The position numbers and the translations under genes are program-made. DNA of 64,000 bases from Tubulanus polymorphus. Its lineage: Eukaryota > Animalia > Nemertea. Positions 25,001 to 37,875 of this stretch are shown here, in pieces (positions within the stretch are counted from its first letter, which is position 1; each line of letters begins with the position of its first letter). Where the stretch lies: NCBI RefSeq assembly GCF_964204645.1, contig NC_134026.1:16650150-16714149 (forward strand). The letters are read 5' to 3'. The notes beneath the pieces are model-generated. The model did no database searches, had not been told where the DNA came from, and was given only the letters and a program-made list of their open reading frames with translations.

Positions 25001-28000
25001 ATATACTATAGTTTGTATACTCATGATATATTTATGGTGTTTCACAGTAAAATATGAATAAATTGGATATATGTAACAATAATATGAATTAATTGACCTT
25101 AAGATTGTATCTACAATCCATTCAAAAGGAAGGGGATTTCTACCTACACTAAAGAATCGGGGATTTTTACCGAGAGGATTTTAACCTAGGGGATTGTTAC
25201 CTAGGGTATTTTTTACCCAGATGATTTTTGCCGCTAACCATAGATGTAGTTTGTAATTTTGAATAATGGTCTTGACAATGCACTAATTATGAACAATTTA
25301 CTTTGTTTTGTTGAATTAACTACCACTTGTAATCAATTCACTATAGAACTATGGTGGATCCTAACAATGAGTCTGGCCTGCTATTCTAAACTCTTTCCGA
25401 AAATTATATTGCTAAGATATTCCTAGTCTTCATCATTTAGCATGAACTCTAGATGTTGGGCCTGGATGTATTTCGGATTTATTAAATGGTATCATGGGCG
25501 TGGAATGTTTGGGCGGAGGTATTATGCTCCAGTTTCACGCGTAAAACAAAAAAAAATATATATCCATACATAGGTCATTGCATTATAGAAATTAAACTGT
25601 TGACAAGTTGTAATAAATCTCTATAGATGAAACAATTTTAAAGAAAATGCATTATGTTTGTAGTTTCTATTCAACTACTATTGACTGTGCGCCTCGGGCT
25701 CAATCAACTCGTCATCTCCATGATTTCTATCACACATCATCAGCTGCCATTGAAATATTTGATTTGGCAGTCCTATCAAAAGTAGCGTAAATTAATACAT
25801 GCGAATAATTGATGTTTCCAAAGGGTTTTTGTTACTGGCTCGTTTACATGGGAATGGTCGAAATTCCCCGTTCAGATTCCCCCGAGAAATCCCATTGAAG
25901 AGGTTATGATTTGCTGCTGTTGGCCTGTTTTTTCGTTTGTATTGCAAAATTTAGTCCAAACTAACTGGAATCGTTTTAAATTGATTTCTGTGAAAATTTT
26001 CAATTTTTCCCCACATGTCAACAAGTGCCTTTCAAATCAGGATAGATTCCGATTGCGAAATAATGATTGTAGCAATTTTTTTAGTATTTTTTATCTATGG
26101 TTTGATACATCAAGATTTCAGTAAAAAGGACAACTTTATCGTTTATGTTAGCGAAGCTTGGTATACAAGCAGGCTGACAATAACAAGCCACTGAATTTTA
26201 TGGGGTTAGTCTTTGTATAGCTCTTTATCTATAGAAAGTCAGTGATTAAGCCCTAAGTAAATATTGCTCAATTAAAGAGAATTCATTATGACAATGTACA
26301 AGCGATGACAGGCCTATGAGGCACCCGTAAATCAAAAATATATTTCGCTGTGCGATGCGAAAATTATTGAAAATAATAAAACTTTTAATTTGAAATCGCT
26401 TAAATCAAAGCTAATGTAATATATTTGAACGTCCTAGCGATATATTTGTCCTGTGCGATAACTTTTAGTATTAATTTAGTATTAATGAAGTATATTAATC
26501 TTTGGGTGAACGGAAAAAATGGCCTAGGGAAAAATTGGGAAAAATTGCCACTAAATAAATATTAGAATTTGCTCCTTTTGTAATAACTTTGAATTGTCAA
26601 ATTCAACTGGACATTGGTGTATGCTGAATATCACGAACAACGAAACATTTATCCTTAAAAACGTTGATTTTCTTTTTCATCTTTCTTTATTTCAATAATA
26701 ATCAATCGATTTTTAAGTCGAATTAATAACCAGGATAGCGACTTAATGTGTATGTGCTTATAAGTCAACTAGTTTCCGAACCCATGGTATGTCAATCAAG
26801 ACAGATCTTCGTCTAGAAAAAGTAGGATGCATTCTATCATGGACTCTAAAACGATTGATTCTTTTTAGAGTCCATGATTCTATCCACTAATTTCAATGTA
26901 AGGACTATATAAGGCTACATGAATCAATAAGAAAGCATGTATACCGCAGGTCACTTAATCTTAAGCTTGATTGTGAGAGTTGTTTAAACACAATGGTCAC
27001 ATGAGTAATTATTGGTTGTGCGACAATGCGAGAAATCTGCCTTAGACATCTCATCCCGATATCCGGAGTCCTGGGCTTAGTAACTTATGTTTAGAATAAA
27101 TTTTATCCGATATTTTTATAACAATGTTTTTCTCTCTCTCTCTCCGTAAATTCCGGACGTTTTCTGGGTGCTAACGTTCAGTGGCCAGTAGGCTGGATTG
27201 TGTTTTCTCTTATTTCATAAATCACAATGCATATAAACTAAAACTGAACTGAATTGAAACTGAGTTCGGTTAGCAGTATAAACCTCCTAACTTTCGGAAT
27301 TATTTATAAAAGAGTGAAGAGTGAAACATCAACCCTTATACAGAATACACTTGTATAAATGAGAAAATGCACACTAGGACAATGGTTAATTTGCGACCTT
27401 AAAATGAAAGAAAGACTCGAATTTCTTTTATCACACGCGACACGCGAATCTCCTAATTACTCTAAAAATGAGAGAAAACTTCAGACGAATTAAATGTATC
27501 AGCTTTATAATTGAATGATGATTATGTACGCGTAACTTCAATGATTTGTATCGATCGGTAAATGAAATTTCCATTTAAAGAATGCATTTATCAAATTACG
27601 TCCATTGAAAATGAAATTAGCTAAACTCGAGCCATATTACTATTTAGATTTATCGCAGTTGTCTTGTGAAAATTTATAACCAATCTTTATATAGTCCCCT
27701 GTAAAATCTAAACTCAATTTCTATATTTTACACGTGATTTAACTACGATTTCTCAACTTCGTATTTATTCTATAATGAGAAGCGCACTGATTAAATCTGA
27801 TTTCAACAGATTGTCGAAAAAGTTACAGCAATTTTTACTGTTAGAGAAAGAAAATACTAAATCTATTAAGTTTTCTAAAATTATATGTAAGTGTCATACC
27901 ATCTCATGCTCTAAGATATTGTGTATCGTAACATTTGAAATTCCTAAATCTACCTGGCTTCATTGGGTACTGTTTTTTAAAAAGAAAAACAAATAACACC

Positions 28001-28590
28001 CAACGCACCAATACCTATAATTCTAAAAGTTCAGGTTATAACGTTTAGAATATTCCTCCCTAAGTCAATACTTTGAATAGAAGACCAGAAGGTAAAATTC
28101 TCTTCGTTGGACTTTTGGAGGAATCGTTTGAATATCGGACCTCTTGGTCGAGTTTCCATCGATTGACATTGGGAGGAATGTTCCTCCCGAAGTCGATACT
28201 TTGAATATCAGAACTGAAGGTCAAATTCTCTTCGTTTGACCTTGGGAGGAATATTCCTCCCAAAGTAAATTTTCACAATAGCGGTCCTCTTAATTGGTGA
28301 TGATCAAATGAACGTGCGGCTCATATTTCTATTGTGTGCCTATTCGGTGTAACGCGCGACACGCTTACATAATCTTTTCTGTAAATGTGAAGACCTCGGG
28401 GGCATTATGTTCTCTAAAGCCCGACATTATCCCACATTCGGGACTATGAATGGGTTGATTTTACGGCTGAGTCGACATGTTTCAACAATTTTTAGCTGTT
28501 CATTTATGAATATTTGAAGACTTATGAGCTAAAAATTACTTACATTTTTGATACATTTTGAGAAAGTCACAAAACATTTGAAACTGCGTT
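22062..28590. mobile_element. 6.5-kb non-coding foldback-type DNA element with ~550-bp TIRs and a 4-bp TSD
   Basis: 22062-22650 is the reverse complement of 28020-28590. Termini AACGCAGT / ACTGCGTT. AGAC is duplicated at 22058-22061 and 28591-28594. The flanks rejoin to match the empty paralogous site near 29225. Confidence 0.85.
22391..22625. repeat. ~73-bp subterminal tandem repeat with palindrome GGGAGGAATATTCCTCCC
   Basis: Palindrome at about 22391, 22464, 22537 and 22607. Also at 28040-28262 and 32549-32780. Confidence 0.9.
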
Positions 28591-28670
28591 AGACATAATA
28601 TATACAATTTATACCTCTTTCCAACTTAACTAATTTTATTCTCTTTTGATTTTATATACGTGAACTGCAG

Positions 28671-28930
28671 GTCGCGATAGCACAGAAACGATCACGAAAA
28701 ATGGAACGCAAGATGTTTACCAATCGAGTTATATTGACACTCCAGCAATGATCAATCAGACCAATGAGACCCGCCATTTGGTTTCAAAAACCACGCAGAC
28801 AAACCATCATCATGAAACTTCGTTTCTAGTCGACGAATCTACGAGGAAAACATCGGGTAGGCCAACGCGTAAAAACAAAGACACGATCTGTAAAAGCTAT
28901 AAGGCAAGGTTACAAAACCAACAACAGTAC
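28671..28930 (+). pseudogene. Diverged, truncated copy of the Thr-rich exon
   Basis: Same acceptor ctgcag|GTCGCGATAGC and a similar translation (INQTNETRHLVSKTTQ) as the exons at 29320 and 30452. Confidence 0.7.
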
Positions 28931-29319
28931 AAGTGTGTGTTGTAAATAACCTTTTTCGAAGTTAGTAGATACAGTTTTTCCTCCATATACCGTGGGAATG
29001 GTTGGAGTGTAATAATTATTCGTATTCTAATTCTTATTCGTATGCAATGAACTAATAAGACTGATTTCGACTTAATCCCGGTGACTGATTTCGACTAAAT
29101 CCTTGTGAGCTTCCTAGTGCGTCATACAAACCAACAACGCAGAAAAAATGTTATCCTGCCTATTTTGCAGCTTTATTCATTATGATCATCTCCATCGCCT
29201 CTGTCGCCACCACCGCCACCGCTGACAACAGATACATAGGCCTAATACATGTACATACCTTTTTCCAACCAAACTTAACTGATTTCATTTTCTTTTTATT
29301 TTATATATATGAACTGCAG

Positions 29320-30172
29320 GTCGCGATAGCACAGAAACGACCACAAGAAATGGAATGCAAGATGTTAACCAGTCGAGTTATATTGACACGCCTGCGCTGA
29401 TCAATCAGACGAATGAGACCCGCCATTTTGTTTCAAAAACAACGCAGATAAACCATCGTCGTAACACCATGTTACTAATCGACGAATCTGTGAGGAAAAC
29501 ATCGGATAAGCCTACGCGTGAAACATGGACCCGATCTGTAAGTACTATTAAAGGCATGGTGACGAAACCAAAAACAGCAAAATTGAGTGGAACAGGGACA
29601 CGAATAAGCAACAGTAAATCGAAGGCTCTGGAGAACCAAACAACTGCAGAATGGAGAACTCAAAAAACTAAATCCGATATGATTCGCGATACTTCAATAA
29701 TAGATGATATTACTACAACGCCTGTATTCGTCAATAACTCTATCACTAAAGGAACGACATTGGAGTCAAAACCACAACTAAGCTCAACAACCGCGCGACG
29801 TCTGAGGAAAAAAATAACAACTACCGCAAAGCGGCTTGATGAAAAAAAGTTCACCACGAATTCATTCGGTAAAACAAAGCCAACAAACGCAAATCGACTT
29901 GGAAACACACGGACAACATCCATAAGCTACCTCAGTAAAACGAAGACGTCCCGCATGCTGGACATGACAGTAACCATCAATGGTACGTTTATTTCTAATG
30001 AGTCAACAACTGCGTCTCGGGATTTAGCGTCCGCTCATGCAGGAAGCCAAATTACAAGATCGTTTGACGTAGCATCGACAAAAACCCCTAACGAACAACT
30101 GCTATCCAGATCAACGACTAAAATAGCCAGTTTGATGCCAGTGACGACAAAATTTCCTGAAAACGCAACTTT
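29320..30172 (+). CDS. Thr/Ser-rich mucin-like exon, copy 1 (donor site lost by deletion)
   Basis: Near-identical to 30452-31304 with a 1132-bp period. After ENATF it jumps to sequence matching 31548-31590, skipping the donor. Confidence 0.6.
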
Positions 30173-30451
30173 CGAAACGAAGAATTTCGGATCGCACATG
30201 CACGGTGGGGGGAAGCCCCAAATCGACTAAATCCTTGTGGGCTTCCTAGTGCGTCATACAAACCAACAACGCAGAAAAAATGCTATCCTGCCTATTTTGC
30301 AGCTTTATTCATTATGATCATCTCCATCGCCTCTGTCGCCACCACCGCCACCGCTGACAACAGATACATAGGCCTAATACATGTACATACCTATTTCCAA
30401 CCAAACTTAACTGATTTCATTTTCTTTTTATTTTAAATATGTGAACTGCAG

Positions 30452-31330
30452 GTCGCGATAGCACAGAAACGACCACAAGAAATGGAATGCAAGATGTTAA
30501 CCAGTCGAGTTATATTGACACGCCTGCGCTGATCAATCACACGAATGAGACCCGCCATTTTGTTTCAAAAACAACGCAGATAAACCATCGTCGTAAAACC
30601 ACGTTACTAATCGACGAATCTGTGAGGAAAACATCGGATAAGCCTACGCGTGAAACATGGACACGATCTGTAAGTACTATTAAAGGCATGGTGACGAAAC
30701 CAAAAACAGCAAAATTGAATGGAACAGGGACACGAATAAGCAACAGTAAATCGAAGGCTCTGGAGAACCAAACAACTGCAGAATGGAGAACTCAAAAAAC
30801 TAAATCCGATATGATTCGCGATACTTCAATAATAGATGATGTTACAACAACGCCTGTATTCTTCAATAACTCTATCACGAAAGGAACGACATTGGAGTCA
30901 AAACCACAACTAAGCTCAACAACCGCGGGACGTCTGAGGAAAAAAATAACTACTACCGCGAAGCGGCTTGATGAAAAAAAGTTCACCACGAATCCATTCG
31001 GTAAAACAAAGCCAACAAACGCAAATCGACTTGGAAACACACGGACAACATCCATAAGCTACCTCAGTAAAACGAAGACGTCCCGCATGCTGGACATGAC
31101 AGTAACCATCAATGGTACGTTTATTTCTAATGAGTCAACAACTGCTTCTCGGGATTTAGCGTCCGCTCAGGCAGGAAGCCAAATTACAAGATCGTTTGAC
31201 GTAGCATCGACAAAAACCCCTAACGAACAACTGCTATCCAGATCAACGACTAAAACAGCCAGTTTGATGCCAGTGACGGCAAAATTTCCTGAAAACGCAA
31301 CTTTGAATTTACCGACGCCATTCCCTGTCG
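30452..31330 (+). CDS. Thr/Ser-rich mucin-like exon, complete phase 1-1 copy
   Basis: Pyrimidine tract with ctgcag acceptor, 879 nt open, donor G|GTAAGT. Many N-x-S/T sequons. Confidence 0.7.
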
Positions 31331-32219
31331 GTAAGTATTGTTTCCTTAAGCAGACAGCCAAGGTTGAGTACGTATGTATTTATGTAACATACATCATGAC
31401 GTTGATTTTCACCAAAATTTTAAGGCTCGGTCACATTGTGACTGAGGTACAGGTATAGCGATTGTTTAAAACATGGCATTTGGCAATTGGTATTTTGTCC
31501 TGATTAACTTGTCCATAAATAACACAGACCATTAGAAATGGAAAATTCCGAAGAATTTCGTATCGCACATGCACGATGGGGGAAGCCAATTTTTTAGGAT
31601 CGTCTCTTAAAGTCTATATGTTCGACAAAATACAGTCCCTTGATCCCTGGTCCAAATTGGACCCCAAATATGCCCATTTGGCCGTCCCCATCTCGCCCCT
31701 TCCCAATTGGCCCCTTTTCTATTTCGCCCTTTTCCCATTCGCCCCTATTCCAGTTTTGGCCCTTCGTATTCTGTCCTTTCCCATTTCACCCCTTCCAAAT
31801 TTGTTATTTGCTCCATTCCCACCTGAGCCCTTACTATGGTTGCGGGAGAATTAGAAACAATTCCAAATAGACGGGACATGAAAACATCGTCAGTGTGTGT
31901 CTGGCCAATCAACATAGTATTCATTATGCCTTTGTTATAATGTACAAAGTGGACAAGGGTAACGTTGCACATTTAAAGTTTCAGTCCTGAAACGAATGGA
32001 TGATCTTATATTCTCGTCCGATTCCACGATCAGCAGGAACGTGTACTTTCGTGCTGGTCGACCAGTTGATACCGTGCGTATGTTGTAGAGAGACTATTAA
32101 AGAGGCGTATTCAACTATCGGAAGCGATCCTTTGTCGAACGTCTCTTAAATCCGAATCCAGACGAGGAGAATACTAACTAATATGCTTTCGATGATCTGA
32201 CGTGAATATTATTTATTTA

Positions 32220-35200
32220 AACGCAGTCTCAAAAATTTTGTGACTTTCCTCAAAATGTATCAAAAATTTAACTAATTTTTAGTCCATAAGTCCTCAAATA
32301 TTCATAAATAAACAGTTAAAAATTGTTGAAACTTGTCGACTCTGCCGTAAAATCAACCTTTTAACAGTCCTGAATGTGGGATAATGTCGGGCTTTAGAGA
32401 ACATAATGCCCCCGAGGTCTTCACATTTACAGAAAAGATTACGTAAGTGATTCACGCGCAGCGCGCGATAGGCGCACAATAGAAATCTGAGCTGCTCGTT
32501 CTTTGAGTGTCACCAATTAAGAGGATCGGTATTGTGAAAATTGACTGCGGGAGGAATATTCCTCCCAAAGTCAATCGATGGAAACCTGACCAAGGGATCC
32601 GATATTCTAACAATTGACTTTTGGAGGAATATTCCTCCCAAGGTCAAACGAAGAGAATTTGACCTTCAGGTCTGATATTCAAAGTATCGACTTCGGGAGG
32701 AATGTTCCTCCGAATGTCAAACGAAGGAAACTGGACCTTGTCTGTTATTCGAAATATAGACTTTGGGATGAATGTTCTTCAAAACCACTAAACGCTAAAA
32801 ACCTGAGCTTACATTAATTATATTGGTGTAATCATTGTTTTTAATAAGTAGTACTATAGTGACGACTCCAGACATATTTAGGCAACTTGAGTGATAATGT
32901 ACACGGTATTTGAGGGTCTGTGAAGAATTATTTTTAGAAAGTTAAATAGCTGTAGTGCAGGTTCTAATATAGGGTTCACATCGCAATCAGTTGTTAAAAT
33001 GCATCTTCCTTTTTCTTTACTTGATCTTGAGTCTTTGACTAGTTAAATTTGTTCTTGATTGATTGATTCTGGTAGGTCTAGATCAAATTATATTGTCAAT
33101 CAAATCAATTATTTTTCAACTGCAAATTCACACTTGATATTGATATTAATAATCAATGATTCACTTATTTCGTTATATAGCGCACTGCTGCAAATTGTAA
33201 TCAGTGTGCTTTGCATAAGCATAAAATTAACACAAGCTGAAAAAATCGAAATGTAAATACGTGGATGATAAAAATCAAGTTAAAAGGTGTAGGGGCGGAG
33301 AGAGCTGGCGAAAAAAAAAACAGTAGTGGGTGCAAAATGGACCCGTGCCTAATTGCCCGACCAAAAACGACGGACCAGACCTTAGTCAAATTAAGCGTGT
33401 TAATTTAAAATGATTCTGGAAGTCAGTCACTTCGCTTTGTTTAAGTATGTACTCGTTTTAGATTCCATGGTTTTAAACATTGTTTAATATCGAATGAATG
33501 GGAATTTGAATGTGAAATGAATTTGAACATGAAAATCGGCGCGCTCTTTGATAGGCCATGCGTAAACTTTAAGTCGGACCTGATTCGAGCCAATTCAGCC
33601 CCGACAAATCGTCTCTATAGCCGCGATCATACGTGCATTTTTGGCCCATGTCAAATTTGGCCCGGAACAACTGTTCACACGGGTGCCAAATGGGCCGAGC
33701 CTGTTTGGCCCGGGCCAAATTTGGCCTGACCAAAAACGTCGGACCAGGCCCGAGCCTAATTTTGACACCAGACAAATGACTGCGTTTGAATTGCCACTAG
33801 CACCGGAAATGATCCACTTCGCTTTGTTAGAGCATTGTTTAGTATCGAGTGAATTGTTTGCGAGTGAACGCGCTCTCTAATTAGGCACGGGCAAAATTTG
33901 GCCCGAGCCTGATCGGTGCCAATTTGGCCCGGGCCAAATCGTCTCGGTGTGATCGCGGCTTATGTGGGTCATGAGTGATGAGAGAAATATTTCCCTTTAT
34001 GTTTGCAAATAAGAGATTGCCCTAGTTTAACTGCTGATTTGTACCCTGCATAGGGGTTTGTACTCTTTCATAGAAATACGACAGATAACAAATGGGATCT
34101 TTGATTAAAGACACTGTAGACCGGTACACACCAATATGTCCATCCATCCGACCTACGAGCAATCATCTCATTAATGAGATAATTGCTCGTAGATCCGACA
34201 GCTACGTTTTACAACTAGAAGTATATTAGATCATATATATAACGATCGAAACATATTAGATCAGATTCCTAATAATAAAATCATTACTATTAAGAAAATG
34301 TTATCAATTATGAATAAATTCAGTAAGAATTGACAAAATATATTGGTTTGAATGGCCTTTAGATATTGGATAGGGCGATTTTGAATTATTTTGGGGAATT
34401 TTATCAAGAAGCTCAAACTCCCTAAGGCGATAAAATGTTTAAGGCAGATCTTTCCCGATCATGATCCCACCATATGAATTTTTAATGAAACTATTATGTA
34501 TAAACACCTCACAATTAACGTAATGACTGAGTGACGTCCTGTTGCACAAGCTATATTACACCATGCTAAAAAGCCTATTATAGTCGAGTTGGATTTCTCG
34601 ATGTATAAATGCAGAGAGGGTCGGGAGCTTTATGTTCAATAATATTAGGTTCCTATAAATTTTTGCTCTATGGAAATAAAAGAAAAATCTACGTTAAACG
34701 TGATATCTGTTTTATTACTCGTGATATATCGGGGAATCTCTGCAATAAAATTTGACGATTACAAAAATTATTGCAAAATGAGCAAATTGCGTTTCTTAGT
34801 GATATTTGCTAATAGTATGAATTCTAGAGTATATGCGGATTTGTGTGTTATGTAATAAGTATCGTAGCAAATAATCAATTAGAAAAGTATCTTCCGTAGC
34901 TAGATATGACAATTAAAAATCCCATATGCAGAATATCTCCCTCAAAATACCTTCATCCGTTCAAAAAAAGACCCCCCTGGTAAAAATTTCCTATGTAGAA
35001 ATCTAAAAAATCTAAACCCTAGGTAAACATGGTAAACATACCCTGGGTAAAAATCCCCAAATATTCAATAATCCCTACTTGGTGATTGTCAAGAACATAT
35101 CAAAGCACGATGTTTCTCCAATTTAATTCATTTGCGATGAGACTGAAATATGTTTGAACTTTTTAATGAAATCTTTCGTTGCGATAAATTCTTAAGGATA

Positions 35201-35490
35201 AAATAAATTGTAAGAATTAATAAGAGTAATAAACTTTTATTTGTAATATCTTAAGATTCGAACTGGAATATTTTTGAACTGCGGACTCTTGTTAACTTGT
35301 GGTTTATTTCAGCTGTGCGATGCCATGAATTATTAAAAATAATGTACTTTTGATATTAAATATTTTAGATTCAAGCTAGTGTAATATATTTGAAATGTGC
35401 GATGAACCCCTTTACTAAGCTGTGCACTAACTACATGTATATGTACTAATTTAGTATCAATGAAACGTTAATTTGTAGTATGTTTTAATT
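32220..35490. mobile_element. Second, right-truncated copy of the AAC-terminus foldback element
   Basis: Collinear with 22062-~24990, starting at AACGCAGTC and including the palindromic repeat block. Confidence 0.85.
33619..33960. mobile_element. Harbinger-like MITE nested in the foldback copy
   Basis: TIR AGCCGCGATCA / TGATCGCGGCT, 3-bp TSD TAT, internal GGCCCG repeats. Not present in the 23.4-kb paralog. Confidence 0.75.
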
Positions 35491-35742
35491 ATTATTATTA
35501 TTATTAGTTTATTATATCAAAAAAATATAAATTTTTTTATGATATGACACAATTACATGATAATGTATGGCGGGTAAATAATTCAAGTATATAAATGCAT
35601 TGAATAAATAATAACTCAAGTATATAAATACATTGAATACATAATATATACCAAAGGCGATTGAAAGCCTTTCCACATAGATTTATGACATACATGGCAC
35701 ATATCTATGTGGTGACACTGTACATAGTTAGATTACCCATTT

Positions 35743-36110
35743 AACACGTTCCCAAATGTTTTGATACTTTCTCAGTTTGTATCAAAAATGTTACCAGTTT
35801 TTGGTCATTAAGTCCTGAAAAGTTGATAATTTACGGCAAGAAATCTTACAAACGTGTCGTCTCTACCACAAAACAGTTTATTTTACGGACCAGTTTATAA
35901 GGTAATTGTGGGCTATTGTAGCACCATATCCACCTGTGATCTCGACTTTCAATTAAGATTACGTAAGCTATTCCTGAATGATACGCGACAGGCGCACAAT
36001 AAAAACTACGCGGTATGTGTACTTTCATTATCGCCGACTGAGAGGACTGCTATTTCGCAAATTGGATTCGGGAGGTTTAAACCTCCGAAGGTCAAATGTC
36101 CAAAATCGTG
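35743..36110. mobile_element. Diverged terminus related to the foldback TIR
   Basis: AACACGTTCCCAAATGTTTTGATACTTTCTC aligns with AACGCAGTCTTAAATGTTTTGTGACTTTCTC and stays collinear up to the palindrome GGAGGTTTAAACCTCC (36071-36086). Confidence 0.65.
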
Positions 36111-37875
36111 ACCTTCCTGGCCATTAGTTGATAGAAGGCGATAGTGATTAATTTAACTGAACTTATTATCTAAATGCTAAATGGGTTTGAAATTGTTTGA
36201 CCTATTTGATCAAAGTTGTAAAATATTCAAAACCGATAGAAAAGAGCGTTATTGAAATCAAATGTTTATTTGTTAATTCGAGGCCACTATTTACCGAGAC
36301 GATAGTAATTAATGTTTCTTTTTTTTATTCATTTCTTTTAAAAATATAATCGTAATCATAATCATGTAATAACATCGTAAATTTCCTAAATGCCGAATAT
36401 CCTCATAAGCAAAATATTCATATTGCGAGAGACTTTGTATGGCAAAGAAAACATGTGAATCAGATTGATCTATTTTGAATTTATCATTTCTCCATCGAAT
36501 AAAACAAATTACAACGCATGATCACTTCTAATTGATTGAATAATTATTAAGATATACGTATTCGTTCAGTCGTGGACCGTAGAATTCGATTCCTTTCATG
36601 TTGTTGCTTTATCACATCTATTTTTTCACCGGTCACCCAATCAATGAACCGCGTGATGAGATAATTCAGTTAGTTCATGGTCAAACAAACAAATGTAATT
36701 TCCTCTTAAGTTTACCGCTGTCACCAGTTTCTGTCGAACGCACGGATTCGAGCCCATCAGATTTGCGCATGAGCACTGATGTTTGTAGTAGTGCTAACTA
36801 GATATCATCTTCGAGCTCATGCGATTTACTAAGGTTTACGAGAAATTAACATACAAATTAACAAACCAATGATTTGATACTAAACAAAGCTGCTAAGTGA
36901 GTCACTTTCCTAACCTGTAGCAATCCACACGCAATAAATAGACCCGTGTTGAAATGTGACTCGGGCCTAGTCCAACACTTTTAAACGAGTCCCCGTGTAA
37001 ACAGTATTAAATGCTCACGTGATCGCAGCTTTAGACCGAGAAATACAATTATGGTTCAATATATGAAATCATGGATATTATGAAAATAACATGTTAATCT
37101 AGTTAGTTTGTTTATTATTCTATCCATCGATGTATTGAGTTTATTCAAGTGCAAACTATACACTGATTGAATTACTTATGACACTACAAGTTGTCCTCTT
37201 TGTTCGATGTCGCTAGGCTTGGGCAGGAAAACAATTGAGGGAGATCATATTCTTCACTTGCTTCGGGATACCACTTGGTATAGATTACTACAAGGTATAT
37301 TAGAATAGATCGGCTTCATTCGACTCAATATTCCGAATTCAAATTTGGTTTATGAATAATGGAAAATTGGAAGTGCATGGAAAACACCTTTCACAATCAT
37401 CCCATTCAACGATAATTTCATTGATAAATATGTGACCTTTCTTTGGTGAAACCTGTCATAATATATGATGGGTCGGTTTACAAAACCCACATGGATAAAG
37501 GTCTAAAAAGCAAACAGATAGACATAAATGTAGAATTAATCGACACTTTTATCAGAAATTTATTTTTGTTTCAAAAGCTTTTAATATAATTATCAAACAA
37601 ATCTGTGATATCAAATTCAATAACATAACACGTTAGGATTCATTCATGTTTCTTCAGTTAGAGGAATTAATTCTATTGACATCATTGAACCCATTACCAG
37701 TATTAACGAACACGTATAACTGGATTTTCGTCTTCTGCTTCGTTGCTCTCAGGAACCGCTGATGATACATTCATATTGATCATCATCGGCCTTAAATATG
37801 GCATATACCATTCGGCGGATCTTTTAGATTTTGATCGCAGAATAGTAGGATCAGATCTTATTTTCAGTATTTCGC

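Noticed and set aside
29405-31361. Minus-strand ORFs over the Thr-rich exons
   Set aside because: Antisense shadows of low-complexity ACN-rich coding sequence. The splice signals support the + strand.
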